A stretch of DNA of 64,000 nt from Candidatus Saccharicenans sp. (GTDB lineage: Bacteria > Acidobacteriota > Aminicenantia > Aminicenantales > Saccharicenantaceae). The DNA lies in NCBI GenBank assembly GCA_030018265.1, contig JASEFX010000009.1, positions 838 to 64,837 of the forward strand. The letters run 5' to 3'. Under the pieces are notes generated by a model that saw only the letters and a program-made list of their open reading frames with translations, had not been told where the DNA came from and made no database searches. The position numbers and the translations under genes are program-made. Positions 44,701 to 57,239 of the stretch are shown piece by piece (position 1 is the stretch's first letter; every line of letters begins with the position of its first letter).

Positions 44701-45189
44701 AAGAAGGTTAAGGTTACTCGATTCCAGGCTGAAGGCGGCTGAGACCTCCGAGAGTTCATAGGTACCCTGGTTTAACTCAAACAGGAAATGCCCGCCATTC
44801 ACATAACCTCTGTCAATCAACAATGGCAGGGCTAAACTCACACCTTTCTGGCTGCCGCCTTCTTTCCTGTTTCTGGCATCATAAAAAACCTCCGGCCGGT
44901 AAAGTTCCACCGTCACCGGTTTCTCTTTCTTCAAAAGCGACAGAACCGGCAGGGTGACACTGATTCTTTCGACCGATATTCCAGGATTGCTGGAACGCGA
45001 TTTAAGATTTTTTATCTGGAGAGAAGGAGGTAAATAGCTGAGCTTTATTTCCCCGACTTCAAAATTTTGACCCAGCCGTTGCCCGAGTTGTTTGAGAAAA
45101 AAGCTTCTGGCAAAAGACAGCGCCACGTACAGAAAAGCCGCCACTACCAGAAGAGCAATCAGCCCTTTCCGCCGTTTCCAGAAACCCAT
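41794..45189 (-). CDS. tamB: translocation and assembly module protein TamB (AsmA-like, DUF490 C-terminus)
   Basis: N-terminal membrane anchor (LIALLVVAAFLYVALSF), a long beta-rich repetitive body, and a C-terminus ..RLEWELAGGLSLVAMRNELGRVSLDVKLRKRF. 1131 aa. Confidence 0.8.
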   Translation of the reverse strand: MGFWKRRKGLIALLVVAAFLYVALSFARSFFLKQLGQRLGQNFEVGEIKLSYLPPSLQIKNLKSRSSNPGISVERISVTLPVLSLLKKEKPVTVELYRPEVFYDARNRKEGGSQKGVSLALPLLIDRGYVNGGHFLFELNQGTYELSEVSAAFSLESSNLNLLLRAGSSRIRPYDSPVVLEGEVETLLSVRGRTLRLNRLVIQGENRAVRLEGRIGFLNPARVDLRAVYNLDTNFIMSALDLPFKWEGKTSGEITISNESGPVIIKSNYSTRDFRLNQVEMGTVEGQVLIERGRGGQILAEIKKRGKPSENVVITYGGGVIEGQMSGFHLDPIMKYASVPWPVDSPAWGNFRLSRGILQATAEFRDRVDDRPEKDRYRLDGRTEIELNLAEKDLKIQTKELRTSFGKLTVEGRVLIDRNIDLEITGQFSDVRRAREFTEKLFKTRFDFPEIRGAGRADIEIRGDYGRPHLNFEFSLSPAGFERFQVTTARGKVEVEGGRVEGKVYVLDKDFDGQISLETVEGKTEARMNFDRAQVEKVLTYFEVDFPVRGPVRGDFVYSTEGAKVSFQGDFVSPEMELLGTSIRNVSGKIFWSEDELRFPELSFDLHGGRVTGSLELGFSPRSYNFNLEAVNVDLKPLSSDFSGKITLDLKGKGIFGESRPGGDFSVDRFGVFFIRSQRATGSYQLDFLENAMNIELYGRLLPGDNNFRLKINIPFDRDFLSGEVKGTITNLDLVLPWKGAKGSVDYLLSFQGPVASPELNGAVELKGEVIPIPGFAHALNDFSGLAFIQKGQVSIRSFQGSLGGGPVHGFGELKFDEGKLAEAEVRMTGKNMELSLFEKTRLLADGQMRFLRNGGRSFLEGDFLIKEALWKKELYEKLSFSSQVYSSEGKGAVLDDLNLNLRLRADDNVWVENSLGRIRARLDLTIAGTVAVPVVTGEIEILSGTIYFQDRDFRVVRGRLSFFNPLVIDPYLDFQAETYVKDYHVIFSLSGLVSNLRPEFSSSPPLPAEEILSLLALGESYQRRYSLDTTQMSTASLISYQLARKSESIFSLDRFRLDPFLMGSTSEITARLTVGKRISRNFFIVYSTNLATQREEIIRLEWELAGGLSLVAMRNELGRVSLDVKLRKRF

Positions 45190-45212
45190 GAATTAAATCT
45201 CTGTTTATGCGA

Positions 45213-45860
45213 TTATTTATTGATTACTTTCTTCCAGTCCTGAAGAAATCTTTCTATGCCGATATCGGTCAGAGGATGTTTTACCAGCTTTTCCATGACA
45301 GCATAGGGCACAGTAGCGATATGGGCGCCCATCAGAGCGGCCTCAACCACATGACCCGGATGCCGCACGCTGGCCACGATCACCTCGGTGGGAAAATCAT
45401 AGTTCTCGTAAATGGTCAGAATTTGCTGGACCAGGTCCAGACCAAAATGAGAAATGTCGTCAAGACGTCCGATAAAAGGACTCACAAAGGAAGCCCCGGC
45501 TTTCGCCGCCAGAAGCGCCTGGGATGGTGAGAAAACCAGGGTCATGTTAACTTTTATGCCTTCACTCGAAAGAACACGGGTGGCTTTCAAGCCTTCAATG
45601 GTGGCCGGTATCTTGATGGCCAGGTTCGGAGCCAGCTGATTCAGTTTCCGGGCTTCCACAACAATATCATCGGCGATGGTGGAAACACACTCGACGCTGA
45701 CCGGTCCGGAAACAACACTGCAGATTTCCTTAATCAGAGTTTCAAACGGCATATCTTCCTTTGAACAAAGCGTCGGGTTGGTGGTAACTCCGTCCAGAAT
45801 ACCCCAGCTGGCTACCTCTCTTATTTCCTGCAGGTTAGCTGTGTCCAGAAATAATTTCAT
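45213..45860 (-). CDS. tal: short-type transaldolase / fructose-6-phosphate aldolase
   Basis: [28 protein letters not shown], Schiff-base Lys context (NLAIKIPAT). 215 aa. Confidence 0.9.
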   Translation of the reverse strand: MKLFLDTANLQEIREVASWGILDGVTTNPTLCSKEDMPFETLIKEICSVVSGPVSVECVSTIADDIVVEARKLNQLAPNLAIKIPATIEGLKATRVLSSEGIKVNMTLVFSPSQALLAAKAGASFVSPFIGRLDDISHFGLDLVQQILTIYENYDFPTEVIVASVRHPGHVVEAALMGAHIATVPYAVMEKLVKHPLTDIGIERFLQDWKKVINK

Positions 45861-46633
45861 CTTGCCTCCTTATCATTTTTTTTAACAAAGTTGGAAAGCG
45901 TTCCGATTCCTTCTATCTGCACGTCAACCCGGTCGCCGGGCTGCATCGGCCCAACTCCTGAGGGTGTTCCGGTGGCGATGATATCCCCCGGTTCCAGGGT
46001 CATAATTCTGGAAATATACCTTATCAAATAAGGCACCGGAAATATCATGTTTCTGGTGCTGGCCGACTGAACCAGCTTGCCGTTGAGAAAAGTTTTCAGC
46101 TGGACTTCTCCCGGGTTCAGCTCGGTTTCGATGCAGGGCCCCACCGGAGCAAACGTATCGAACGATTTGGCTCTGGTGAATTGAATGTCCTTAGTCTGGA
46201 GGTCGCGGGCAGTTACATCGTTAAAGCAGGTGTAGCCCAAGACATAATCCTGCCAGGGAGAATCATCATCCAGCTGGCAGACTCTTTTTTTGATTACCAC
46301 CGCCAGCTCTCCTTCATAATCAACTCTGTTAGAAATTTCAGGATAGATGACAGCTTCAAACGGCCCGATGACCGCGCTGGGCGGCTTCAAAAACAGCAAC
46401 GGTTCTTCCGGCACCGGGTTGCCCAGTTCCTGCGCATGCTCGCGGTAATTCCGTCCAACACATACAATCTTCGTCGGCTTGACCGGCGGTAGAAGCTTCA
46501 CCTCGGAGATGGGAACCGGGCTGTCTATTATTTTGTAACTTTTGAATATGGACCCGTGAACCGGAAAAAGGACATCCTCTTTCAACAGACCATAATAAAT
46601 TTTCTTACGGTAACGAAATCTGTAAATCTTCAT
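45857..46633 (-). CDS. fumarylacetoacetate hydrolase-family protein
   Basis: FAH-fold motifs [35 protein letters not shown] and [13 protein letters not shown]. Confidence 0.85.
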   Translation of the reverse strand: MKIYRFRYRKKIYYGLLKEDVLFPVHGSIFKSYKIIDSPVPISEVKLLPPVKPTKIVCVGRNYREHAQELGNPVPEEPLLFLKPPSAVIGPFEAVIYPEISNRVDYEGELAVVIKKRVCQLDDDSPWQDYVLGYTCFNDVTARDLQTKDIQFTRAKSFDTFAPVGPCIETELNPGEVQLKTFLNGKLVQSASTRNMIFPVPYLIRYISRIMTLEPGDIIATGTPSGVGPMQPGDRVDVQIEGIGTLSNFVKKNDKEAR

Positions 46634-46636
46634 CTT

Positions 46637-47680
46637 TCAGGTTTTTACCTCAATTTTTGCCGGCTGACTTTCATTTCCGGCCTGATCGACCGCGCATATA
46701 GAATAAACATAGACGGCATTCTTTTCAACCGAACTGTCGATAAAGACAGTAACGGTCAGAAGTTCCGGGGTCAGAAGGACAGGCGAGGTCTGGCCGTCTC
46801 CGAGCCGGTAAACTCTGTATCCGGCCAGATCGCTTTCCCGATTCGGAAGCCAGGAAAGCACCACGCCCCCGGTTCCGCAGACAGCTTTAACTTCCTCAGG
46901 AACGTCCGGCGGAAACGTATCGAGCGGGCGAACCTCCAGAATTTCAGAATCCTCGCTCTCGAGCCAGTTTGATTCCTGAAGCACCAGGCTTCTGACTGCA
47001 TAACGGTAAGAGTGACCGAAGCTGAAGCTGCGGTCAGTAAAAGTCCGTTCCGCAAGCGGCCGGTCGTTAATGAGTTTATATTCGTCACCTTCACTCCGGT
47101 AAACATTGTAAAAAACTTCCCCGCGGGCTGTATTTCCCTCGAGTCTGGCCGGGGGATCCCAGGTAATGATTACAGCTTCCTTATTTATGATTGACTTTAG
47201 ACCATGAGGCGGAGCAGGCGGATAACCAACTCTGACCCTGATCAGGTTAGAAATATCTGACCAGCCCCCACGGCGTCCTCTGGTTCTCAGGCCAAAAAGG
47301 TAAATCTTTCCCTCTGCCTTCTTTAAATCGAGGGTAAGGGCGGCTGTTTCCCGGGCGATGTTCAGAGTGCCGATCCCGAGCTCCCCGGCAGGCAGGGAGA
47401 ATTTTTCAAAAGAGCTGGCGACTTCCCTTTCCGACGACGGCTCATTTTTTAATTCGATACCCCTGATTTCCACCCACCTGATCTCCACCGGCTGACCGTC
47501 CAGATAGCTCCGGGGAGAAGTCCAGAAAAAATAAAGGCAATTTCCTTTCTGGCTGGCCCTGAAATCGGTCACTTTCTGAGGAGTCTGCGGAAGCGGTTCC
47601 TGCAACGGACCTTTTCTGCCACAACTGTAGAAGGAGCAAAGCAACAAACAGAAAAATACCGCCAGAAACTTTTTTCCCAT
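46637..47680 (-). CDS. lipoprotein with three fibronectin type III-like repeats
   Basis: Lipobox LCSFYSC. Repeated W-x-P / Y-x-V-Y-R / Y-x-Y-x-V Fn3 signatures (ITWDPP..YNVYRSE..YRYAVRS; LSWLPN..YRVYR..YVYSICAVD). TGATG overlap with the hslU stop. Confidence 0.75.
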   Translation of the reverse strand: MGKKFLAVFFCLLLCSFYSCGRKGPLQEPLPQTPQKVTDFRASQKGNCLYFFWTSPRSYLDGQPVEIRWVEIRGIELKNEPSSEREVASSFEKFSLPAGELGIGTLNIARETAALTLDLKKAEGKIYLFGLRTRGRRGGWSDISNLIRVRVGYPPAPPHGLKSIINKEAVIITWDPPARLEGNTARGEVFYNVYRSEGDEYKLINDRPLAERTFTDRSFSFGHSYRYAVRSLVLQESNWLESEDSEILEVRPLDTFPPDVPEEVKAVCGTGGVVLSWLPNRESDLAGYRVYRLGDGQTSPVLLTPELLTVTVFIDSSVEKNAVYVYSICAVDQAGNESQPAKIEVKT

Positions 47681-49095
47681 CAGAGGATGAATTTCCGGAG
47701 ATCCTGATCCTTGAGAATATCACTCAGCTGTTTTTGCACATACTCTCTGGTGATGGTAATTCTCTGATTGGCCAGGTTCGGGGCCTCAAAAGAAATGTCT
47801 TCCATCACTTTTTCCATCACCGTATGAAGCCTGCGGGCTCCGATATTCTCGGCTTCCTCGTTGATCTTTTCGGCAATGGCTGCAATTTCCTCTATCGCCT
47901 CCGGGGTGAACTCTATTTCCACCCCTTCGGTGGCCAGCAGCGCTTTGTACTGTTTGATCAGAGCATTTTCCGTTTCGGTCAGAATGCGGACGAAATCTTC
48001 TTTGGTCAGTGGCGAAAGCTCCACCCTGATCGGAAAGCGGCCCTGAAGTTCCGGGATAAGGTCAGAGGGTTTGCTCACATGAAAGGCACCGGCGGCAATG
48101 AACAGAATGTGGTCAGTGCGAACGAGCCCGTAACGGGTGCTCACCGTCGTTCCTTCTATGATCGGCAGCAGGTCGCGCTGGACGCCCTCCCGGCTGACAT
48201 CGGGCCCGTAACCTGATTCCCGGCCGGCAACCTTATCCAGCTCATCGAGAAAAATGATACCCGACTGTTCCACCCTTTCTATGGCCAGGCGAGCCACCTG
48301 ATCCATATCGATAAGTCTTTTTTCTTCGTCTTCCATAAGGATTTCGCGAGCTTCTTTAATCTTCACCCGGCGTTTTTTTGTTTTCCCGCCAAACATCCCC
48401 GGAAGAATTTCCTGGATCTGTATGCCGATCTCTTCAAAGCCGTTGCTGGAGATAAATTCAAACGGAGGCGCCGGTTTTTCCTTGACTTCAATTTCAACTA
48501 TTCTGTCTTCGAGCAGACCGGCCCTCAGCTGGCGACGAAGCCTTTCTCTTGTCCTCATCATTTCCTTCTGCTCTTCATCCGTCGTTCCACTTTCCCGTCG
48601 GCGACCTGAGCCGTGTCTTCCACCCGGAAGAAGAAGGTCCAGAAGTTTTTCCTCTACGTTCGCCCTGGCCTTGCTTTCAATCTCTTTGATTTTTTCCTGC
48701 TTTACCATATCAACAGCAATCCGCACCAGGTCGCGGATCATCGATTCGACGTCGCGGCCGACATATCCGACTTCGGTAAAGCGACTGGCCTCTATTTTCA
48801 AAAAGGGAGAAGAAGTGAGCTTCGCCAGGCGGCGGGAAATCTCGGTTTTGCCGACACCGGTCGGCCCGATCATCAGGATATTCTTCGGAGCGATTTCATC
48901 AGCCAGCTCCGGCGGGAGTTTGCGGCGGCGGAAGCGATTTCTCAGGGCTATCGCCACTGCTTTCTTCGCAGCTTTCTGGCCGATGATGTATTTATCGAGC
49001 TCGGCCACTATTTGCTGGGGAGTGAGCTCTCCTTCGGCTTCCCCCAGAACGAGTTTATTTTCTCCGTAAACTTTTCCTTCGAGTTCAATGGCCAT
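47680..49095 (-). CDS. hslU: ATP-dependent protease ATPase subunit HslU
   Basis: [16 protein letters not shown], Walker [16 protein letters not shown], Walker [10 protein letters not shown]. Confidence 0.95.
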   Translation of the reverse strand: MAIELEGKVYGENKLVLGEAEGELTPQQIVAELDKYIIGQKAAKKAVAIALRNRFRRRKLPPELADEIAPKNILMIGPTGVGKTEISRRLAKLTSSPFLKIEASRFTEVGYVGRDVESMIRDLVRIAVDMVKQEKIKEIESKARANVEEKLLDLLLPGGRHGSGRRRESGTTDEEQKEMMRTRERLRRQLRAGLLEDRIVEIEVKEKPAPPFEFISSNGFEEIGIQIQEILPGMFGGKTKKRRVKIKEAREILMEDEEKRLIDMDQVARLAIERVEQSGIIFLDELDKVAGRESGYGPDVSREGVQRDLLPIIEGTTVSTRYGLVRTDHILFIAAGAFHVSKPSDLIPELQGRFPIRVELSPLTKEDFVRILTETENALIKQYKALLATEGVEIEFTPEAIEEIAAIAEKINEEAENIGARRLHTVMEKVMEDISFEAPNLANQRITITREYVQKQLSDILKDQDLRKFIL

Positions 49096-49622
49096 CAGAG
49101 TTCCTCTATGGTGAAGTTATCGTTGGTAAAAACGCAGATTTCTGAAGCTATTCTCAGAGCTTCCAGAGCTATTTCTCTGGCGGATAAATCGGTGTGTTGC
49201 CGGAGGGCCCGGGCTGCCGCCAGCGCATAGGGACCTCCTGAACCGACGGCGATAATGCCGTCATCCGGTTCGACCACATCCCCGGTGCCGGAGATGAGAA
49301 AGGTATTCCCGGAATCAGCCACGATCAGCAGAGCATCAAGCTGCCGCAAGGATTTATCCAGCCGCCAGTCCTTGGCCAGTTCAATCGCCGCCCGGGAGAG
49401 ATTTCCGCGATATTCCTCCAGTTTGGCTTCAAACCGGGAAAAAAGAGCGAAAGCATCCGAAGTGGAACCGGCGAATCCGGCCAGAACCTGTCCTTTATAC
49501 AGACGGCGTACCTTCTGGGCGGTGGATTTCAGCACGGTTTCACCCATGGTTACCTGGCCATCTCCGGCCATCACCACCTTGCCTTTATGTCTGATGCAGA
49601 TTACGGTCGTCGACCTGATCAT
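49095..49622 (-). CDS. hslV: ATP-dependent protease subunit HslV
   Basis: N-terminal Thr nucleophile context [21 protein letters not shown] and [11 protein letters not shown]. Overlaps the hslU start. Confidence 0.95.
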   Translation of the reverse strand: MIRSTTVICIRHKGKVVMAGDGQVTMGETVLKSTAQKVRRLYKGQVLAGFAGSTSDAFALFSRFEAKLEEYRGNLSRAAIELAKDWRLDKSLRQLDALLIVADSGNTFLISGTGDVVEPDDGIIAVGSGGPYALAAARALRQHTDLSAREIALEALRIASEICVFTNDNFTIEEL

Positions 49623-49645
49623 TTTTACTTACCTCGGGTATTTTG

Positions 49646-49674
49646 ATTATACAATAAAAGCTGCTGGCTGGTAA
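49646..49674 (-). promoter_or_regulatory. candidate hslVU promoter (TTACCA-17 nt-TATAAT)
   Basis: Minus strand: TATAAT at 49651-49646 and TTACCA at 49674-49669, about 24 nt upstream of the hslV ATG. Confidence 0.4.
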
Positions 49675-49873
49675 GAAGCGAACGGTGGCTGTTGTCAGCC
49701 AGCCAGTTACCGGAAAATTTTTCCCGCCGGCCTTTTAAGTTATTTATTTTCAAAAAGATAAAATGACAACAGAAGCAGCTTGAGTTTAGAAAAAAAGAGG
49801 TCCGCCTTCTCGAGACTTTTTACTTTTTTCAGGCTGCGTTTTATGATATTAAATCAAAAGCGAGGTGAAGGCG

Positions 49874-54057
<4,184 letters not shown>

Positions 54058-54173
54058 TTTCTCACGGGATATCGACAAAATTAAACTGTAGATTTACTAT
54101 TTGTCCTGAAGCGCCAGATTTTTATAAATTATATCTGTCCTGTTTGCCGGACGATATTATGCGGAGAAATAAA

Positions 54174-56876
54174 ATGAGGAGGAAAAAACTTATTCTGAAA
54201 ACCGCTTTATTCCTGACCACCATCCTGGCCTGTTTCCATTTTATCCAATCGGTTACCGGGGCCACCGGAAACAGTCGGGCTAAAACCGGCAAAATAAACA
54301 TTGCTGAGTTGCCCTTCATGAACCCGGACCTCCCGCCTGAAGTCCGGGCAGCGGACCTGGTCAGCCGTCTGACTCTGGAAGAAAAAGTCAGTCAGATGAT
54401 GCACGAGGCTCCCGCCATTCCCCGGATTGGGATTCCTCAGTACAACTGGTGGAACGAATGCCTCCATGGCGTGGCCCGGGCCGGGCTGGCCACGGCTTTT
54501 CCTCAGGCTATCGGCCTGGCTGCCACCTGGGATACGGACCTTATCTACCGGGTAGCCACGGCTATTTCCGACGAAGCCAGAGCGAAGCACCATGAATTCG
54601 TGCGTCGCGGAAAGCGCGGGATTTACCAGGGTCTTACTTTCTGGTCCCCGAACATCAACCTTTTCCGTGACCCCCGCTGGGGACGCGGGATGGAAACTTA
54701 TGGCGAGGATCCCTACCTGACCGGAATTATGGCCGTTAGCTTCATACGCGGGCTTCAGGGAGACCACCCTCGATATTTTAAAGTCATCGCCACCGCCAAG
54801 CATTATGCCGTTCACAGCGGTCCCGAACCTGAACGCCACAGTTTTAATGCCATCGTCGATCAGGCAACTCTCCGCAGCAGTTATCTTCCTCATTTTGAAA
54901 TGGCGGTGCGCGAGGGAAAGGTCTACTCGGTGATGTGTGCCTACAACCGTTTCCAGGATTTACCCTGCTGCGCCAGTCCGTTTCTGCTGAACGACATCCT
55001 GAGGAAGGAATGGGGGTTTGAAGGTTATGTGGTTTCAGATTGCTGGGCTATAAACGACATTTATGCCTTCCACAAAGTTGTCCCGACCCTGGTTGAAGCC
55101 GCAGCCATCGCTGTTAATGCCGGGACTGACCTGAACTGCGGACGCTGTTATGCAACTCTGGTGGAGGCGGTTAAAAAAGGGCTGGTAGAAAAGGCGGTCA
55201 TAGACACCGCGGTTAAACGACTGTTTGTTGCCCGTTTCCGTCTCGGCATGTTCGACCCGCCCGAGCTCGTGCCCTATACCCGGATTCCTTTCTCCGTGGT
55301 GGATTCAAAAGAACACCGGGGGCTGGCGCTCGAAGCGGCCAGAAAATCCATCGTGCTTCTTCAGAACCGGAACGATACGCTTCCTCTTCCAAAATCGCTC
55401 AAATCAATTGCGGTGATAGGACCCAACGCGGACGATGTGGAAGTGCTCCTGGGAAATTACAACGGTTTTCCTGGCGACCCGATCACTCCGCTGCGGGGAC
55501 TGAAAGAGATGCTCGAGCCGCACACCGAAATAATCTACGAGCCCGGCACCGACTGGGCTGAAGGCATTCCTGTGCTGAGGGTGATTCCCTCTGAATGCTT
55601 AAAACCCGCTCCCGGTGATAGCATTAACGGGCTCCGCGGGGAATACTTCAACAACCAGAATTTCAGCGGAAAACCGGTAGCCGTCAGGATAGACCTGGCG
55701 GTCGACTTTAACTGGTGGGAAGAATCTCCGCTTCCAGAGCTTGACGACGACAACTTCAGCGTGCGCTGGACAGGCTGGTTGATTCCGCCTGAGAGCGGAG
55801 AATACTATATCGGCGGTGAAGGATTTAACGCTTTCAAGATTTATCTCGACCATCAGCTACTTGTAAGCTACCACGGCGAGCACGAAACTCACAAAGTCTC
55901 GAAAAAAGTATTTCTGGAAAAGGGAAAACCGGTGGCGATAAAAATAGAGTTTATACATCGAGCGCGAACCGCTCGCATGCACCTGCTCTGGAAAAGGCCC
56001 TCTGCTGACGCTCTTGAGCGGGCGGTGGCTGCCGCCAGAAAAGCCGAGGCGGTCATTCTCTTTCTCGGGCTTTCGCCCAGACTCGAAGGCGAAGAAATGG
56101 TGGTGCCGGTACCCGGTTTTAAGGGTGGAGACCGCCTGACTCTTGACCTCCCTGCGAATCAGGAAAAGTTGCTGGAAGAAGTGGCCGGGGCGGCCAGGGG
56201 GAAGCCTGTGGTACTGGTCCTGCTGAACGGTAGTCCGCTTTCGATAAACCGGGCGGTCGAACTGGTTCCGGCGATAGTTGAAGCCTGGTATCCGGGCCAG
56301 GCTGCCGGGCAGGCTGTGGCTGAAGTGCTCTTTGGCGATTACAATCCGGCCGGACGTCTTCCGGTCACCTTTTACCGGTCGGCTGAAGACCTTCCTGAAT
56401 TCTCCGATTACCGGATGGAAGGTCGCACCTACCGCTACTTTCGCCATGAGCCGCTTTTCCCGTTCGGGTATGGATTGAGCTACACGCGCTTCACCTACTC
56501 CGGACTTTCTCTTCCCCGGTCGATTAAAGCCGGCGAGGAGCTCACCATTTCGGTTGAAGTGAAAAACGCCGGAGCTCGTGACGGCGAAGAAGTGATCCAG
56601 GTCTATCTGAGCCGGCCTGATTCACGCTCTCCGGTCAACCCGGTTCGCTGGCTCGCGGCCTGCAAAAGAATTTTTCTGCGAGCGGGAGAAAAGCAGAGAA
56701 TTACCCTGACGGTGCGACCGCGAGAAATGGTTACCTATGATAATCAGGGGCGACCGATGATTGAACCGGGAAAACTGGTGGTTTCAGTGGGAGGTCAACA
56801 ACCCGGTTTCAAAGGTCGCCTGGCCGCAGCCACTACCGGAGTTCTGACAGAAACGATAAGAATAATCAGCAGGTAA
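54174..56876 (+). CDS. secreted GH3 beta-glucosidase/xylosidase with inserted PA14 domain
   Basis: Signal peptide. GH3 motifs KHYAVHSGPE and the nucleophile context GYVVSDCWAI. PA14 segment GLRGEYFNNQNFSGKPV..FSVRWTGWLIPPESGEYY. I chose the ATG at 54174 (GGAGA SD). Confidence 0.9.
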   Translation: MRRKKLILKTALFLTTILACFHFIQSVTGATGNSRAKTGKINIAELPFMNPDLPPEVRAADLVSRLTLEEKVSQMMHEAPAIPRIGIPQYNWWNECLHGVARAGLATAFPQAIGLAATWDTDLIYRVATAISDEARAKHHEFVRRGKRGIYQGLTFWSPNINLFRDPRWGRGMETYGEDPYLTGIMAVSFIRGLQGDHPRYFKVIATAKHYAVHSGPEPERHSFNAIVDQATLRSSYLPHFEMAVREGKVYSVMCAYNRFQDLPCCASPFLLNDILRKEWGFEGYVVSDCWAINDIYAFHKVVPTLVEAAAIAVNAGTDLNCGRCYATLVEAVKKGLVEKAVIDTAVKRLFVARFRLGMFDPPELVPYTRIPFSVVDSKEHRGLALEAARKSIVLLQNRNDTLPLPKSLKSIAVIGPNADDVEVLLGNYNGFPGDPITPLRGLKEMLEPHTEIIYEPGTDWAEGIPVLRVIPSECLKPAPGDSINGLRGEYFNNQNFSGKPVAVRIDLAVDFNWWEESPLPELDDDNFSVRWTGWLIPPESGEYYIGGEGFNAFKIYLDHQLLVSYHGEHETHKVSKKVFLEKGKPVAIKIEFIHRARTARMHLLWKRPSADALERAVAAARKAEAVILFLGLSPRLEGEEMVVPVPGFKGGDRLTLDLPANQEKLLEEVAGAARGKPVVLVLLNGSPLSINRAVELVPAIVEAWYPGQAAGQAVAEVLFGDYNPAGRLPVTFYRSAEDLPEFSDYRMEGRTYRYFRHEPLFPFGYGLSYTRFTYSGLSLPRSIKAGEELTISVEVKNAGARDGEEVIQVYLSRPDSRSPVNPVRWLAACKRIFLRAGEKQRITLTVRPREMVTYDNQGRPMIEPGKLVVSVGGQQPGFKGRLAAATTGVLTETIRIISR

Positions 56877-57034
56877 AAATCAGCCAGTGTTATCTTACGC
56901 AGATTCCAGCCACCTGAATGTTTCCATTATGTTCGGCTGGTGCTTGATATAAAATAATGGAAACTTGTGCCGATGTGGAGGAAATCAGAAGTTTACCTGG
57001 AAATTCTTCCGGTTGACTTCGGCTGATTTTTCTT

Positions 57035-57064
57035 TTGACAATGTTAACGTTAACGAATTATACT
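57035..57064 (+). promoter_or_regulatory. promoter (TTGACA-18 nt-TATACT) with embedded 12-bp CG-centred palindrome GTTAACGTTAAC (LacI/GalR-type operator candidate)
   Basis: TTGACA at 57035-57040, the palindrome at 57043-57054, and TATACT at 57059-57064. This lies about 175 nt upstream of the symporter ATG. Confidence 0.5.
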
Positions 57065-57239
57065 TACGCCGAAAGAAACTTTCAGGCTGATGTGATGGAT
57101 AAGAAAAGACACTGGCCAGAGCTTCTCGCCCCTCCGCTTAAAATTTCTTTTTTACCCGGAAAGAATCCCGGTTTTACAGAAAATTCAAAAATGACCATAA
57201 CCTGCAGTCTCCCGACCAAATCCATGAGGAGGTCTTCCC

